NCBI GenBank assembly: GCA_963978265.1
Contig: CAXBQV010000001.1
Span: 1 to 62,886, forward strand
DNA from: an uncultured bacterium
GTDB taxonomy: Bacteria > Actinomycetota > Actinomycetes > S36-B12 > UBA5976
Reading direction: 5' to 3'
Length of the DNA: 62,886 bases
A program made the position numbers and the translations under genes. Shown piece after piece: positions 10,721-21,246 of this stretch; positions within the stretch are counted from its first letter, which is position 1; every line of letters begins with the position of its first letter. Under the pieces are notes generated by a model. The model worked only from the letters and a program-made list of their open reading frames with translations, made no database searches and had not been told where the DNA came from.

Positions 10721-11920
10721 TCAGCCCTTGATCTCCGTCCACGCCTGTGTCCAAGCGGCGTAGTCCTTACAGATCGGACCACGTCCATCAATGCAGTCCG
10801 CCACTGGAGTCGTCCAGTAGTAGATCTGCGCTGCGTAGGCGGCGTCGGTTGCGTGGTAGGTGGCACAGTGGTTCTTGTCGGCGGTCTTGTCACAGGCGAG
10901 TGTCTGCGACGGCGATTCTCCGAACCATTCCGAAACCTGCGCGTTGGGAACCGGACTGATGATCCAGTCCATCCACTTGTACATGCAGTTCGGGTGTGCA
11001 GCCTTGGACGAGATCATCCAGGTGTCGGACCAGCCGGTTGCGCCCTCTTCCGGAATGACGCCTTCGACCTTGACCTTGCCCTCGCTGTTGATGAGGTTGG
11101 CGTTGATCTGCCAGGCGGTGCCGATGACGTTCGCGCCCTGGCCGAACGACTGCACCTCGTCGGTGTAGGCCGCCCAGTAGCTGCCGATGATGCCTTTCTG
11201 CTGCTTCAGCAGATCCACTGCTGCCTGGAATTGCGTGTCATCCAGTGCATACGGGTTGGTGATGCCGAGGTCGGGCTGGGTCTTCATCAGGTACAGCGCG
11301 GCATCGGCGATGTAGATCGGCGAATCGTACGCGGTGATCTTGCCCTTGTACGGCGAGTTCGGATCGAAGACAACGCCCCAGGACTTCGGTGCTTCCTTCA
11401 CGACAGCCGTGTTGTACATGAGGATGTTGGCACCCCAGCCGTGCGGAACGCCGTACATGTTGCCCCCGGCCGAGTTCCACTCACGATCCTTGAGGAAGTC
11501 CGAAACCGTTGCGTAGTTCGGGATGAGATCGGTGTTCACCGGGGCGACATCGCCACCGTAGATGAGGCGGAGTGTGGCGTCACCGGACGCGGAAACGCCG
11601 TCGTACTCACCGGACTTCATGAGGGTGACCATCTCGTCGGAAGTGTTGCCGATCTTGACGTTCACCTTGCAGCCGGTTGCTTGCTCGAACGGTGTGACCC
11701 AGTCGACGTTCTTGTCGGTGGAACCGTTCTCGACGTAACCGGCCCATGCAACGAGGTTCAGTGCGCCTTCACCATCGCCGACGGCAGTCGCCATCGGGAT
11801 ATTCGGCAGCTCCGGACCGCTTGCAGTGGTCGTGCTATCGGTCGATGACGAGCTGCAGCCCGCCACCACCAGTGCGAGGCCCGCCAAGAGTGTGGCGAAC
11901 CCGCGACGATGCTTGCGCAT
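10721..11920 (-). CDS. ABC transporter substrate-binding lipoprotein (PotD/PotF-like)
   Basis: Start MRKHRRGFATLLAGLALVVAGCSSS (lipobox VVAGC) at 11920 with SD GGAGAAGGAGAGGG. Periplasmic-binding fold similarity to spermidine/putrescine-type SBPs. Confidence 0.85.
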   Translation of the reverse strand: MRKHRRGFATLLAGLALVVAGCSSSSTDSTTTASGPELPNIPMATAVGDGEGALNLVAWAGYVENGSTDKNVDWVTPFEQATGCKVNVKIGNTSDEMVTLMKSGEYDGVSASGDATLRLIYGGDVAPVNTDLIPNYATVSDFLKDREWNSAGGNMYGVPHGWGANILMYNTAVVKEAPKSWGVVFDPNSPYKGKITAYDSPIYIADAALYLMKTQPDLGITNPYALDDTQFQAAVDLLKQQKGIIGSYWAAYTDEVQSFGQGANVIGTAWQINANLINSEGKVKVEGVIPEEGATGWSDTWMISSKAAHPNCMYKWMDWIISPVPNAQVSEWFGESPSQTLACDKTADKNHCATYHATDAAYAAQIYYWTTPVADCIDGRGPICKDYAAWTQAWTEIKG

Positions 11921-11955
11921 TGTCCCTCTCCTTCTCCCAGCCCTGTGCTGGGAAA

Positions 11956-12969
11956 TCAGTTGGGGACCCGGTACTCGTGTGCCGGATCCCATGTCAGTGA
12001 AACATCGGTACCGCGCGCATGCTGCGTTGCGCCGGTGTTGGCGGCAACGGCAATGAGCGATCCGCCGACTTCGAGGTCGACGAGATAGCGCGTGACGCTG
12101 CCGACATAGCTCACTTCCCGAATATGCCCTCGGGTCTCGCGACCGCGAGAGGACTCGTTGATGAACAACTTCTCGGGACGGATGCTCACCGTTGCGGGAT
12201 TCCCGAACAGCCGCTGCGCGGCGTCGCCCCGGATGAGATTGGACGTACCGACGAATCCGGCAACGAACTCCGAGGCCGGATGGTCGTAGATGTCGACCGC
12301 CGTGCCGAGTTGTTCGATGCGGCCGTCGTTGAAGACGGCGATGCGATCGCTCATCGTGAGCGCCTCGTCCTGGTCATGCGTGACGAATACGAACGTAATG
12401 CCGACGTCGCGCTGGATCTCCTTCAATTCCACCTGCATGTGCTCGCGCAACTTCAGATCAAGTGCTCCCAGCGGTTCGTCGAGCAGGAGTACCTTCGGCC
12501 GGTTCACGAGGGCTCGAGCAAGTGCAACGCGTTGCCGCTGACCGCCGGAGAGTTGCGAGGGCTTGCGATCACCGAAGCCCGCGAGCGCGACGGACTCCAG
12601 CGCTTCCGACGCACGCTGACGACGCGCTGCAGCGTCGACCTTCTTCACTTTGAGTCCGTATTCGATGTTCTCCTGCACCGTCATGTGCGGGAACAGCGCG
12701 TAGTCCTGGAACACCGTGTTCACGTCCCGGTCGAACGGCGGCGTGTTTGTCACGTCGACTCCGCCGAGCGTGATCGTGCCTGCCGTCGGCAGTTCGAAGC
12801 CGGCGATCATGCGCAACACGGTGGTCTTGCCGGAGCCCGACGGGCCGAGCAGGGTGAGGAACTCGCCATCCATGACGTCGAGATCGACGTTGTCGACGGC
12901 AACGACCGTTCCGCTTTGCGGGGTGCGGAATTCCTTGCGGAGACCGCGGAGCGAGATTGCTATCGACAT
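11956..12969 (-). CDS. ABC transporter ATP-binding protein (PotA-like)
   Basis: Walker A GPSGSGKTT, signature LSGGQRQRVALARAL, Walker B LLLDEPLGALD, C-terminal TOBE-like domain. Confidence 0.9.
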   Translation of the reverse strand: MSIAISLRGLRKEFRTPQSGTVVAVDNVDLDVMDGEFLTLLGPSGSGKTTVLRMIAGFELPTAGTITLGGVDVTNTPPFDRDVNTVFQDYALFPHMTVQENIEYGLKVKKVDAAARRQRASEALESVALAGFGDRKPSQLSGGQRQRVALARALVNRPKVLLLDEPLGALDLKLREHMQVELKEIQRDVGITFVFVTHDQDEALTMSDRIAVFNDGRIEQLGTAVDIYDHPASEFVAGFVGTSNLIRGDAAQRLFGNPATVSIRPEKLFINESSRGRETRGHIREVSYVGSVTRYLVDLEVGGSLIAVAANTGATQHARGTDVSLTWDPAHEYRVPN

Positions 12970-13038
12970 ACCGGAAATCTACGGGTTGGCCTGCGGTCCT
13001 TTACAGCGGCCGCGCACCGGCGCGGGCAGCCCGCAGAC

Positions 13039-13329
13039 TCAATCTGCCAACGGGAAGAGCGCGCGAAGGTCCGACCGTTCACCGGAGGCGCGCACACGTC
13101 CGCTTTCCACGAGTTCCACCCAGTCGAGCGTGCCGTCAGCGAGGCCGAGTAGCGCGGTTGCATCCATCTCGACGACGGCGCTGGGCGTCCCCCGTCGGTG
13201 CGCGGGACCGTCCACGATCTGCACCGCGGCGTAGGGCGGGATGCGGAGTTCCACGGATCGACCGGGCGCAACCGCCTGCACGCGAGCGAGCACGGCGTCA
13301 ACGGCTGCGCGTTCGGCTTCACGATCCAT
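13039..13329 (-). CDS. Sterol-carrier (SCP2-like) family small protein
   Basis: 96 aa from [17 protein letters not shown]... Its ATG overlaps the purL TGA (ATGA at 13329). The track ORF's N-terminal 62 aa are an Arg-rich shadow over purL. Family assignment is from memory of actinobacterial sterol carrier family proteins next to purL. Confidence 0.6.
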   Translation of the reverse strand: MDREAERAAVDAVLARVQAVAPGRSVELRIPPYAAVQIVDGPAHRRGTPSAVVEMDATALLGLADGTLDWVELVESGRVRASGERSDLRALFPLAD

Positions 13330-15632
13330 CAGGCAAGTGCCGCCGGCAGCGTTGCGTCGGAGGCGGCGCGGAGTTCGTCGAGTGACCAGCGGATGGTCTC
13401 GCCGTACACGTTGTCCAGTTGCAGGAACTGCGCGCCTTCGGAAGCTCCTGCATCGGCGGCGAGTTGCGAGTCGACGACCCCGATCCGCGTGAGCGAAACT
13501 CCACGCGCGTTGCACATCTCGGTGAACCGCAACTCCTCGGTTCGCGGCAGCACCACGACGGCGCGAGCCGTCGACTCGGCGTAGGCGAAGACGAATGGGT
13601 CGAGTTCAGTGGGAACCCAGATGCGTGCACCGATGCGCGAGCGGAGGGCCATTTCGACAAGTGCCTGCATGATGCCGCCGTCGCTCACGTCGTGCGCAGC
13701 AGCGAGCAGCCCGTCGCGCGATCCGGCGACGAGGATCTCGGCCAGCGTTCTCTCCTTCGCGAGGTCCACCACCGGCGGCAGACCACCGAGGTGTGCATGC
13801 ACCTCATGCGCCCATTCGGAACCGGCGAGCTCATCCTTCGTCTCGCCCATGACGTAGATGAGATCGCCATCTTCGGTCCAGGCCATCGGAGTTCGACGCG
13901 TGACGTCGTCAATGACGCCGAGGACACCGACGACCGGCGTCGGAAGAATCGCGACGTCGCCCGTCTGGTTGTAGAACGACACGTTGCCACCGGTGACCGG
14001 CGTGCCGAGTTCGAGGCAGCCGTCGGCGAGTCCGCGCACGGCTTCCGCGAACTGCCACATCACTTCGGGATCCTCCGGCGAACCGAAGTTCAGACAGTTC
14101 GTGACGGCCAACGGAGTTGCACCGGTGACGGCCACATTGCGGTAGGCCTCGGCGAGTGCGAACTTGGCGCCGATGTAGGGATCGAGTTTCGCGACGCGGC
14201 CGTTGCAGTCGGTGGAGAGGGCCACGCCCAAACCGGTTTCCTCGTCGACGCGGACCATGCCGGAGTCCTCCGGCTGCGCGAGGACGGTGTTGCCGAGGAC
14301 GTAGCGGTCGTATTGGTCGGTGACCCACGCCTTCGATGCGAGGTTCGGCGCGGCCGTCATGCGCAACACCGTGTCGTGGAGTTCAGCGGCGGTGGACGGC
14401 CGTCGCAGCCGCACGGCAGTCGGGGCATCTGCCTGCAACGCGTCCTGCCAGCTCGGGCGGTGGTACGGCCGTTCGTAGACGGGGCCGTCGTGCGCCACGG
14501 TCCGCGGCGGCACATCGACGATCGTCTCACCATGCCATTCGATGACGAGTCGACCGGTGTCGGTCACAACGCCGATGTCGGTTGCGATGACGTCCCACTT
14601 CCTGCAGATCGCCATGAACTGATCGACGTTCTGCGGCGGAACGATCGCGCACATCCGCTCCTGCGACTCCGACATGAGAATCTCTTCAGGACTCAGCGAC
14701 TGATCGCGCAGCGGCACGCGGTCGAGCCAGACATGCATCCCGCCTTCACCATTCGATGCGAGTTCCGACGTCGCACACGAGATACCTGCACCACCGAGAT
14801 CTTGAATGCCCTCCACGAGTCCTGCGTGCAGCACCTCGAGCGTGCATTCGATGAGCAACTTCTCCATGAACGGGTCGCCGACCTGTACCGACGGGCGCTT
14901 TGCGGGGCCGTCGGCGTCGAAGGTCTCCGATGCAAGCACGGAAACGCCACCGATGCCGTCACCGCCCGTGGTGGCGCCGTAGAGGATGACGCGATTGCCC
15001 ACGCCGCTCGCCTTCGCGAGATGGATGTCCTCGTGCTTCATGGTGCCGACGCACAGCGCGTTCACCAGTGGGTTGCCGATGTACGTGGGATCGAAGACGA
15101 CTTCGCCACCGATGTTCGGCAGGCCGAGGCAGTTGCCGTAGCCGCCGACACCGGCGATGACGCCGGGCAGCACACGATGCGTGTCAGGGGCATCGAGTGG
15201 GCCGAAACGCAGCGGATCCATCACGGCGACAGGGCGCGCGCCCATCGAGATGATGTCGCGGACGATGCCGCCCACGCCCGTCGCCGCACCTTGGTACGGC
15301 TCGACGTAGGAGGGGTGGTTGTGCGATTCGACCTTGAACGTCACGGCCCAGCCGTTGCCGATGTCGACGACGCCGGCATTCTCACCGATGCCGACGAGCA
15401 GCTTGTCGGTCTGCGGCTTCTTCTCGCCGAACTGGCGGAGGTGCACTTTGCTCGACTTGTAGGAGCAGTGCTCGGACCACATGACCGAGTACATCGCGAG
15501 TTCCGACGATGTCGGACGCCGACCGAGGATGGCACGAATCCGTTGGTACTCGTCGTCCTTCACACCGAGATCACGATACGGCTGTTCCTTCTCCGGAGTT
15601 GCAGCCGCATTGGCAACGTTGTCGACGCTCAT
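13329..15632 (-). CDS. purL: Phosphoribosylformylglycinamidine synthase subunit PurL
   Basis: 767 aa with full-length FGAM synthase II similarity ([20 protein letters not shown]..., two AIRS domains). Confidence 0.95.
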   Translation of the reverse strand: MSVDNVANAAATPEKEQPYRDLGVKDDEYQRIRAILGRRPTSSELAMYSVMWSEHCSYKSSKVHLRQFGEKKPQTDKLLVGIGENAGVVDIGNGWAVTFKVESHNHPSYVEPYQGAATGVGGIVRDIISMGARPVAVMDPLRFGPLDAPDTHRVLPGVIAGVGGYGNCLGLPNIGGEVVFDPTYIGNPLVNALCVGTMKHEDIHLAKASGVGNRVILYGATTGGDGIGGVSVLASETFDADGPAKRPSVQVGDPFMEKLLIECTLEVLHAGLVEGIQDLGGAGISCATSELASNGEGGMHVWLDRVPLRDQSLSPEEILMSESQERMCAIVPPQNVDQFMAICRKWDVIATDIGVVTDTGRLVIEWHGETIVDVPPRTVAHDGPVYERPYHRPSWQDALQADAPTAVRLRRPSTAAELHDTVLRMTAAPNLASKAWVTDQYDRYVLGNTVLAQPEDSGMVRVDEETGLGVALSTDCNGRVAKLDPYIGAKFALAEAYRNVAVTGATPLAVTNCLNFGSPEDPEVMWQFAEAVRGLADGCLELGTPVTGGNVSFYNQTGDVAILPTPVVGVLGVIDDVTRRTPMAWTEDGDLIYVMGETKDELAGSEWAHEVHAHLGGLPPVVDLAKERTLAEILVAGSRDGLLAAAHDVSDGGIMQALVEMALRSRIGARIWVPTELDPFVFAYAESTARAVVVLPRTEELRFTEMCNARGVSLTRIGVVDSQLAADAGASEGAQFLQLDNVYGETIRWSLDELRAASDATLPAALA

Positions 15633-16327
15633 GCACGAACTCCCGCAGCAAGCGAGGCAAGGATCGAGGTAAAGAATGTGAGGCCGTCCAGCGACGGACC
15701 GAACAACGGCTCCACAGCATGCTCGGGGTGCGGCATCAGGCCAGCGACGTTGCCCCGCTCGTTCGTGATGCCGGCGATGTCGCGATAGGAACCATTCGGG
15801 TTCACATCAAGGTATCTGGCGAAGACCCGATTGTCGGCTTCGAGCATGTCCAGCGTGTGTTCATCGGCGATGTAGCCGCCTTCGCCGTTCTTCAGCGGAA
15901 TGACGATTTCCTGGTTCGGTTCGAACTGGTTCGTCCACATCGAGGTGGTGTTCTCGATGCGGAGTCGCTGGTCACGGCAGATGAAATGCTGGTGGTCGTT
16001 GCGGATGAGTGCACCGGGGAGCAAGTGCGACTCGACGAGGATCTGGAAACCGTTGCAGATGCCGAACACCGGCAACCCCTGCTTCGCCTTGTCGATGATG
16101 GTCTGCATGGCCGGTGCGAAGCGGGCTATGGCGCCGCAACGGAGGTAGTCGCCGTAGGAGAAGCCGCCGGGAAGCACCACGGCGTCGACATGCTGCAGGT
16201 CGGCATCGCCGTGCCACAGCTCGACTGCTTCAGCACCAGCGATGCGGATCGCACGGGCGGCGTCACGATCGTCGAGTGAACCCGGGAAGGTGACGACACC
16301 GATTCGCGCACCGGTCAGGGTGCTCAC
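15629..16327 (-). CDS. purQ: Phosphoribosylformylglycinamidine synthase glutaminase subunit PurQ
   Basis: Class-I GATase: [10 protein letters not shown], nucleophile elbow [12 protein letters not shown] at the C-terminus. 4-nt overlaps with purS and purL. Confidence 0.95.
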   Translation of the reverse strand: MSTLTGARIGVVTFPGSLDDRDAARAIRIAGAEAVELWHGDADLQHVDAVVLPGGFSYGDYLRCGAIARFAPAMQTIIDKAKQGLPVFGICNGFQILVESHLLPGALIRNDHQHFICRDQRLRIENTTSMWTNQFEPNQEIVIPLKNGEGGYIADEHTLDMLEADNRVFARYLDVNPNGSYRDIAGITNERGNVAGLMPHPEHAVEPLFGPSLDGLTFFTSILASLAAGVRA

Positions 16328-16560
16328 GCTTCGATCCTCAGGGTGTAGTTCTCAATGACCGGGTTGGACAGCAGGTTGCCGGCGAGTTCATGCAGCTTCT
16401 GCTCGTCGAGTACGCCGTCGATCTCGATGACGAACTGCTTGCCCTGCCGAACCGAGGTCACGCCGGTCAGCCCAAGACGTCCGAGTGCGCCCTGCACAGC
16501 ACGGCCTTGTGGGTCGAGGATTTCGGGCTTGAGACTGACATCGACGACGACGCGGGCCAC
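16324..16560 (-). CDS. purS: Phosphoribosylformylglycinamidine synthase subunit PurS
   Basis: 78 aa, [25 protein letters not shown] is typical of PurS. Confidence 0.9.
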   Translation of the reverse strand: MARVVVDVSLKPEILDPQGRAVQGALGRLGLTGVTSVRQGKQFVIEIDGVLDEQKLHELAGNLLSNPVIENYTLRIEA

Positions 16561-16610
16561 GGGCGCTCCAAGGGGTGCAGATGCACCAATCCTAGCCAGC
16601 GGCGATTTCG

Positions 16611-17615
16611 TCAGCCGAGGCGGGCATCACCGGTTTGCGCAGCCAACTGCCACGCGGACCAGGCCGAGTCGACCATCGCTTCCAAGTCCTGGATCGCGAC
16701 CCACCCGAGGTCGGCATTCGCTTTCGCAGAGGACGTCACGATGCGCGCGGGATCCCCGGCACGGCGCGGCTCGAGCACCGGCGTGAACGGGATGCCGGTG
16801 ACTTCGGCGACCATCTCCATGATCTGCTTGACGCTCACACCTTCACCGCGACCGAGGTTGTAATGGTTCGCAATCGTGGTTCCGGACTGCAATTTCTTCG
16901 CGGCAGCAACGTGGGCTTCTGCAACGTCCTGTACGTGGATGTAATCGCGCACACACGTGCCGTCGGGTGTCGGGTAATCGTTGCCGAAGACCTTCGGGTT
17001 GCGCCCGTTGCTCACCGCATCCATGACGAGTGGGAAGAGGTTGTGGGGTGACACGTCATAGACCTCTCGCGCGCCGCTGCCAACGACATTGAAGTAGCGG
17101 AGTGCCGTCCACTTGAACGTCGACCCGCCAGCGAGTTCCCGCGACTTCGCGAAGTCGCGGCAGAGCCATTCGCCGATCAGTTTCGATTCGCCGTACGGGG
17201 ACTCCGGAGCCGTTGGCGTCTGCTCGTCGACGAGGTCGACGTCAGGGGTGCCGAACACTGCGGCAGAGGACGAGAACACGAAGTTCATGACGTTGTGACG
17301 CGCACACGCTTCGAGAAGTTGTCGGGTTCCCTCGACGTTGCTGTGGAAGCACTCGAGCGGCCGCTTCACCGATTCGCCGGCGTACTTGAACCCGGCAAGG
17401 TGCACGACGCCATCAACGTGTCCGGCTTCGAATGCGCGGTCGAGATCTTTTGCGCTGCAGATGGATCCCTGCACGAACGCGACGCCGTCGGGGACGAACT
17501 CCTTGCGGCCGGTGGAGAGGTCGTCGAGCACGATCGATTCGATGCCGTTGGCGCTGAATGCGCGCACGATGTGCGAACCGATGTAGCCGGCGCCACCGGT
17601 CACCAACCAACTCAT
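16611..17615 (-). CDS. galE: UDP-glucose 4-epimerase (NAD-dependent SDR)
   Basis: GGAGYIGSH Rossmann motif and catalytic YGESK. Its ATG overlaps the purC TGA (ATGA at 17612-17615). Confidence 0.85.
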   Translation of the reverse strand: MSWLVTGGAGYIGSHIVRAFSANGIESIVLDDLSTGRKEFVPDGVAFVQGSICSAKDLDRAFEAGHVDGVVHLAGFKYAGESVKRPLECFHSNVEGTRQLLEACARHNVMNFVFSSSAAVFGTPDVDLVDEQTPTAPESPYGESKLIGEWLCRDFAKSRELAGGSTFKWTALRYFNVVGSGAREVYDVSPHNLFPLVMDAVSNGRNPKVFGNDYPTPDGTCVRDYIHVQDVAEAHVAAAKKLQSGTTIANHYNLGRGEGVSVKQIMEMVAEVTGIPFTPVLEPRRAGDPARIVTSSAKANADLGWVAIQDLEAMVDSAWSAWQLAAQTGDARLG

Positions 17616-18505
17616 GCCCAGGTCCGTCCCGTCAGCCGTTCGTACGCCTCAATGTACTTCGCACGCGTCTGCTCGACGACTTCGTCTGGAAGCGGAGGCG
17701 GAGGCACGGTGCCGTTCCTGTCCCAGTCGGCTGCCGGCGAGGTCAGCCAATCACGAACAAACTGTTTGTCGAACGACGGCTGCTGCGTCCCCGGCTTCCA
17801 CAGTTCCGCCGGCCAGTAGCGGGACGAGTCCGGCGTGAGGACCTCGTCGGCGAGCACGATGGTCCCGTCGTTACGCGCGCCGAATTCGAACTTCGTATCG
17901 GCAAGGATGACACCGCGCTTCGCCGCGATCTCCTCTGCCGTCCGATACACCTCGATCGTGAGGTCGCGCAGCACCTCTGCAGCAGCCAGACCCACCGTGT
18001 CCGCAACGGTGTGGAAGTCGACGTTCTCGTCGTGCTCGCCGAATGCCGCCTTCGTTGCCGGGGTGAAGATCGGATAGGGCAGCTTCGATCCGTCGACGAG
18101 TTCGTCCGGTAGCGGGATGCCGCACACCGTTCCATGCTCGTTGTATTCGGCGAGGCCCGAGCCAGTGAGGTAGCCGCGCGCGACGCATTCGACGGGGAAC
18201 ATGCTGAGCCGTTCACAGACCATGGCCCGACCACGCACGGTGTCGGGAACGTCGAGTGAACGCACATGGTTCGGGACCACATTCATGAGCCGCTCGAACC
18301 ACCACTGCGAGAGCGCGGTGAGAATCGCGCCTTTGTCAGGGATCGGCGTGGGAAGAATCCAGTCGTAGGCGCTGATGCGGTCCGTTGCGACCACCAGCAG
18401 ATCACCATGTGGTGTGGTCCAGAGGTCGCGCACCTTGCCGGAGTGGATGTGCTCGTATCCGGCCGGTAGCGCATAGTCCGGCTTCGGAAGTTCCTGCGTC
18501 GTCAT
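17612..18505 (-). CDS. purC: Phosphoribosylaminoimidazole-succinocarboxamide synthase
   Basis: Start MTTQELPKPDY... chosen because its ATG shares one base with the purB TGA (TGATG at 18503-18507). Long-type SAICAR synthase similarity (HSGKVRDLW..., ADTKFEFG). Confidence 0.9.
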   Translation of the reverse strand: MTTQELPKPDYALPAGYEHIHSGKVRDLWTTPHGDLLVVATDRISAYDWILPTPIPDKGAILTALSQWWFERLMNVVPNHVRSLDVPDTVRGRAMVCERLSMFPVECVARGYLTGSGLAEYNEHGTVCGIPLPDELVDGSKLPYPIFTPATKAAFGEHDENVDFHTVADTVGLAAAEVLRDLTIEVYRTAEEIAAKRGVILADTKFEFGARNDGTIVLADEVLTPDSSRYWPAELWKPGTQQPSFDKQFVRDWLTSPAADWDRNGTVPPPPLPDEVVEQTRAKYIEAYERLTGRTWA

Positions 18506-19935
18506 CAGAGGATCGGTGCCGGCGCGTATGCGGCGTCCTGCGGATAGCGCTCGCACACCGCATTGACTTTGCGAACCACTCCACGTACCTGTGCCTGCGC
18601 TGCGCCGGAGAAGTCGAGCGGCTCGGCGATCATCTGCTGCAACGCGGCCTTCTGCAGCCCGAGCCGCGAGTCGGATGCGAGACGCTCGATGAGATCGTTT
18701 CGGGCCCGCTCGTCCTCACGGAGGTGCAGCGCAACCGCCACCGCGTGCTCCTTGATCGCTTCATGGGCGGTCTCACGGCCGACGCCATTGCGAACAGCGG
18801 CCATCAGCACCTTCGTCGTGGCGAGGAACGGCAAGTTCTGTTCGAGTTCCCGTGTGATGACGGCAGGGAATGCACCGAAGTCGTCGAGCACGGTGATGAA
18901 CGTCTGGAAGAGTCCGTCGATGGCGAAGAACGCGTCTGGAAGTGCGACGCGTCTGACGACGGAGCAGGCGACGTCACCCTCGTTCCACTGTGAACCGGCC
19001 AACTCGGCGGTCATCGACGCGAATCCGCGGAGGATCACAGCGAACCCGTTCACGCGCTCGCAGGAGCGGGTGTTCATCTTGTGCGGCATCGCGGAAGAAC
19101 CGACTTGACCGGGCTTGAATCCTTCGGTCACGAGGTTCTGGCCAGCCATCAGCCGGATCGTGTGCGCCAACGACGACGGCGCCGCCGCGAGTTGCACGAG
19201 CAGCGACGTCACCTCATGGTCGAGTGAACGCGGGTACACCTGTCCAACCGAAGTGAGCACTTCCTCGAAGCCGAGATGCAGTGCGATGCGCTTCTCGAGT
19301 CGCTCCAGTTTGACAGCGTCGCCGTCGAGAAGATCGAGCATGTCCTGCGCAGTGCCGACCGGCCCCTTGATGCCACGGAGCGGGTAGCGGGCGATGAGCT
19401 CTTCCAGTCGGTGGAATGCGACGAGCAACTCGTCGGCGGCGGATGCGAACCGCTTGCCGAGGGTTGTGACCTGCGCCGGAACATTGTGCGAACGTCCGGT
19501 GACCGCAACCGATTCGTACTGCGTTGCCAGCTGTGCCAAACGTGCGAGTGATGCAATCACCTCGGTGCGCACGAGTTTGAGGCCGTTGAGGATCTGCAAC
19601 TGCTCGACGTTCTCGGTGAGATCGCGCGACGTCATGCCCTTGTGGATGTGCTCATGACCCGCGAGTTCATTGAACTCCTCGATACGCGCCTTCACATCGT
19701 GCTTCGTCACGGCTTCGCGCTCAGCGATGGACGGCAGATCGATCATGTCGAGCTTCGCCCGGTACGCGTCGATGACACCCGGAGGGACCTCGATGCCAAG
19801 GTCCTTCTGCGCCTGCAGCACGGCGATCCAAAGTTGGCGTTCGAGTCGCACCTTGTGCTCGGGCGACCAGAGCATCGCCATCTCCAGCGATGCGTACCGG
19901 TTTGCGAGGACGTCGGAAACGCGCGGCTTACCCAT
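18505..19935 (-). CDS. purB: Adenylosuccinate lyase
   Basis: Fumarate-lyase signature GSSAMPHKMNT; full-length PurB similarity. Confidence 0.95.
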   Translation of the reverse strand: MGKPRVSDVLANRYASLEMAMLWSPEHKVRLERQLWIAVLQAQKDLGIEVPPGVIDAYRAKLDMIDLPSIAEREAVTKHDVKARIEEFNELAGHEHIHKGMTSRDLTENVEQLQILNGLKLVRTEVIASLARLAQLATQYESVAVTGRSHNVPAQVTTLGKRFASAADELLVAFHRLEELIARYPLRGIKGPVGTAQDMLDLLDGDAVKLERLEKRIALHLGFEEVLTSVGQVYPRSLDHEVTSLLVQLAAAPSSLAHTIRLMAGQNLVTEGFKPGQVGSSAMPHKMNTRSCERVNGFAVILRGFASMTAELAGSQWNEGDVACSVVRRVALPDAFFAIDGLFQTFITVLDDFGAFPAVITRELEQNLPFLATTKVLMAAVRNGVGRETAHEAIKEHAVAVALHLREDERARNDLIERLASDSRLGLQKAALQQMIAEPLDFSGAAQAQVRGVVRKVNAVCERYPQDAAYAPAPIL

Positions 19936-21214
19936 GGTGATCCCCTACCGTGATGCGGCCTTCGAGGGCCGACAGCGCAATGTCCGAGCGATGCTGTTCG
20001 CCGGACCACGAAATCGTTCGGACAGCGGCGTAGGCACGCTCGCGTGCCTGCTCGAGCGAGTCTGCGATCGCCGTCACCGACAGCACCCGACCACCGCTGG
20101 TGACGATGGTGCCGTTCACCCGCTTGGTGCCTGCATGCAGGACGTCGACGTGTGCCATCGCATCCGCTTCGGCAATGCCGCTGATGATGTCGCCCGATCG
20201 GACATCGCCGGGATATCCGGCGGCAGCCATCACAACAGTGAGCGCAGCACCGGTTCGCCACTGCAGCGGCGGTTGCTCGTCGAGCCGACCGATGGCCGAG
20301 CGGTAGAGCAGCTGGCCGAGCGGCGACTTCAACCGTGCGAGGACAACTTGTGTCTCGGGGTCACCGAATCGCGCATTGAACTCGATGACCCGGACCCCGC
20401 GCGCCGTGAGTGCCAGACCTGCGTAGAGCAGGCCCTGGAACGGCGTTCCGCGTTTGCGCATCTCCGTGATGACCGGCATCGCAACGGTGTCGACCACGTC
20501 CTGCACAAGATCGAGCGGCGTCCAATCGAGCGGCGAGTACGCGCCCATCCCACCGGTGTTCGGCCCTTGGTCGTCATCGAACACCCGCTTGAAGTCCTGC
20601 GCCGGTTCGAGGGGCACAACGCGTTCGCCGTCAGAAACAAGGAAGAGCGACACCTCCGGCCCGTCGAGGTACTCCTCGACGACCACTCGACGTTCACCCG
20701 CAGCCAGACACGCGGCAGCGTGATCGAGCGCGGCAGCGCGATCCACGGTCACGATCACGCCTTTGCCCGCGGCGAGGCCGTCGTCCTTCACCACATGCGG
20801 TGCGCCGAATTCGTCGAGTGCAGATGCGACGTCATCGATGGTGCTGCACACACGCGCCTGCGCCGTCGGCACGTCCGCCGCCGTCATGACGTCTTTCGCA
20901 AATGCCTTCGATGCCTCCAGGCGGGCAGCTGCAGCCGATGGACCGAACACTGGAAGTCCGACTGCACGGAGCGCGTCGGCAACACCTGCTGCAAGTGGTG
21001 CCTCGGGACCGATCACGACGAACTCGATGCGATGTTCCGAACAGAGTTCGCGAACCGCAGCGGGGTCGGTGGGTGTCACGTCGACAGTTGGTACGTCGGC
21101 GGCAATACCGGCATTGCCCGGAGCGCACATGACGGAGGTGATCGAGGGATCCTTGAGGAGGGCTCGGACCAGGGCGTGCTCGCGGGCACCGCTACCTAGA
21201 ACGAGGGTTCTCAC
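19928..21214 (-). CDS. purD: Phosphoribosylamine--glycine ligase
   Basis: MRTLVLGSGAREHALVRAL N-terminus; ATP-grasp core. Confidence 0.95.
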   Translation of the reverse strand: MRTLVLGSGAREHALVRALLKDPSITSVMCAPGNAGIAADVPTVDVTPTDPAAVRELCSEHRIEFVVIGPEAPLAAGVADALRAVGLPVFGPSAAAARLEASKAFAKDVMTAADVPTAQARVCSTIDDVASALDEFGAPHVVKDDGLAAGKGVIVTVDRAAALDHAAACLAAGERRVVVEEYLDGPEVSLFLVSDGERVVPLEPAQDFKRVFDDDQGPNTGGMGAYSPLDWTPLDLVQDVVDTVAMPVITEMRKRGTPFQGLLYAGLALTARGVRVIEFNARFGDPETQVVLARLKSPLGQLLYRSAIGRLDEQPPLQWRTGAALTVVMAAAGYPGDVRSGDIISGIAEADAMAHVDVLHAGTKRVNGTIVTSGGRVLSVTAIADSLEQARERAYAAVRTISWSGEQHRSDIALSALEGRITVGDHHG

Positions 21215-21246
21215 GCCCTGATTCTAGTCGGGTGGCGTTTCGGCTC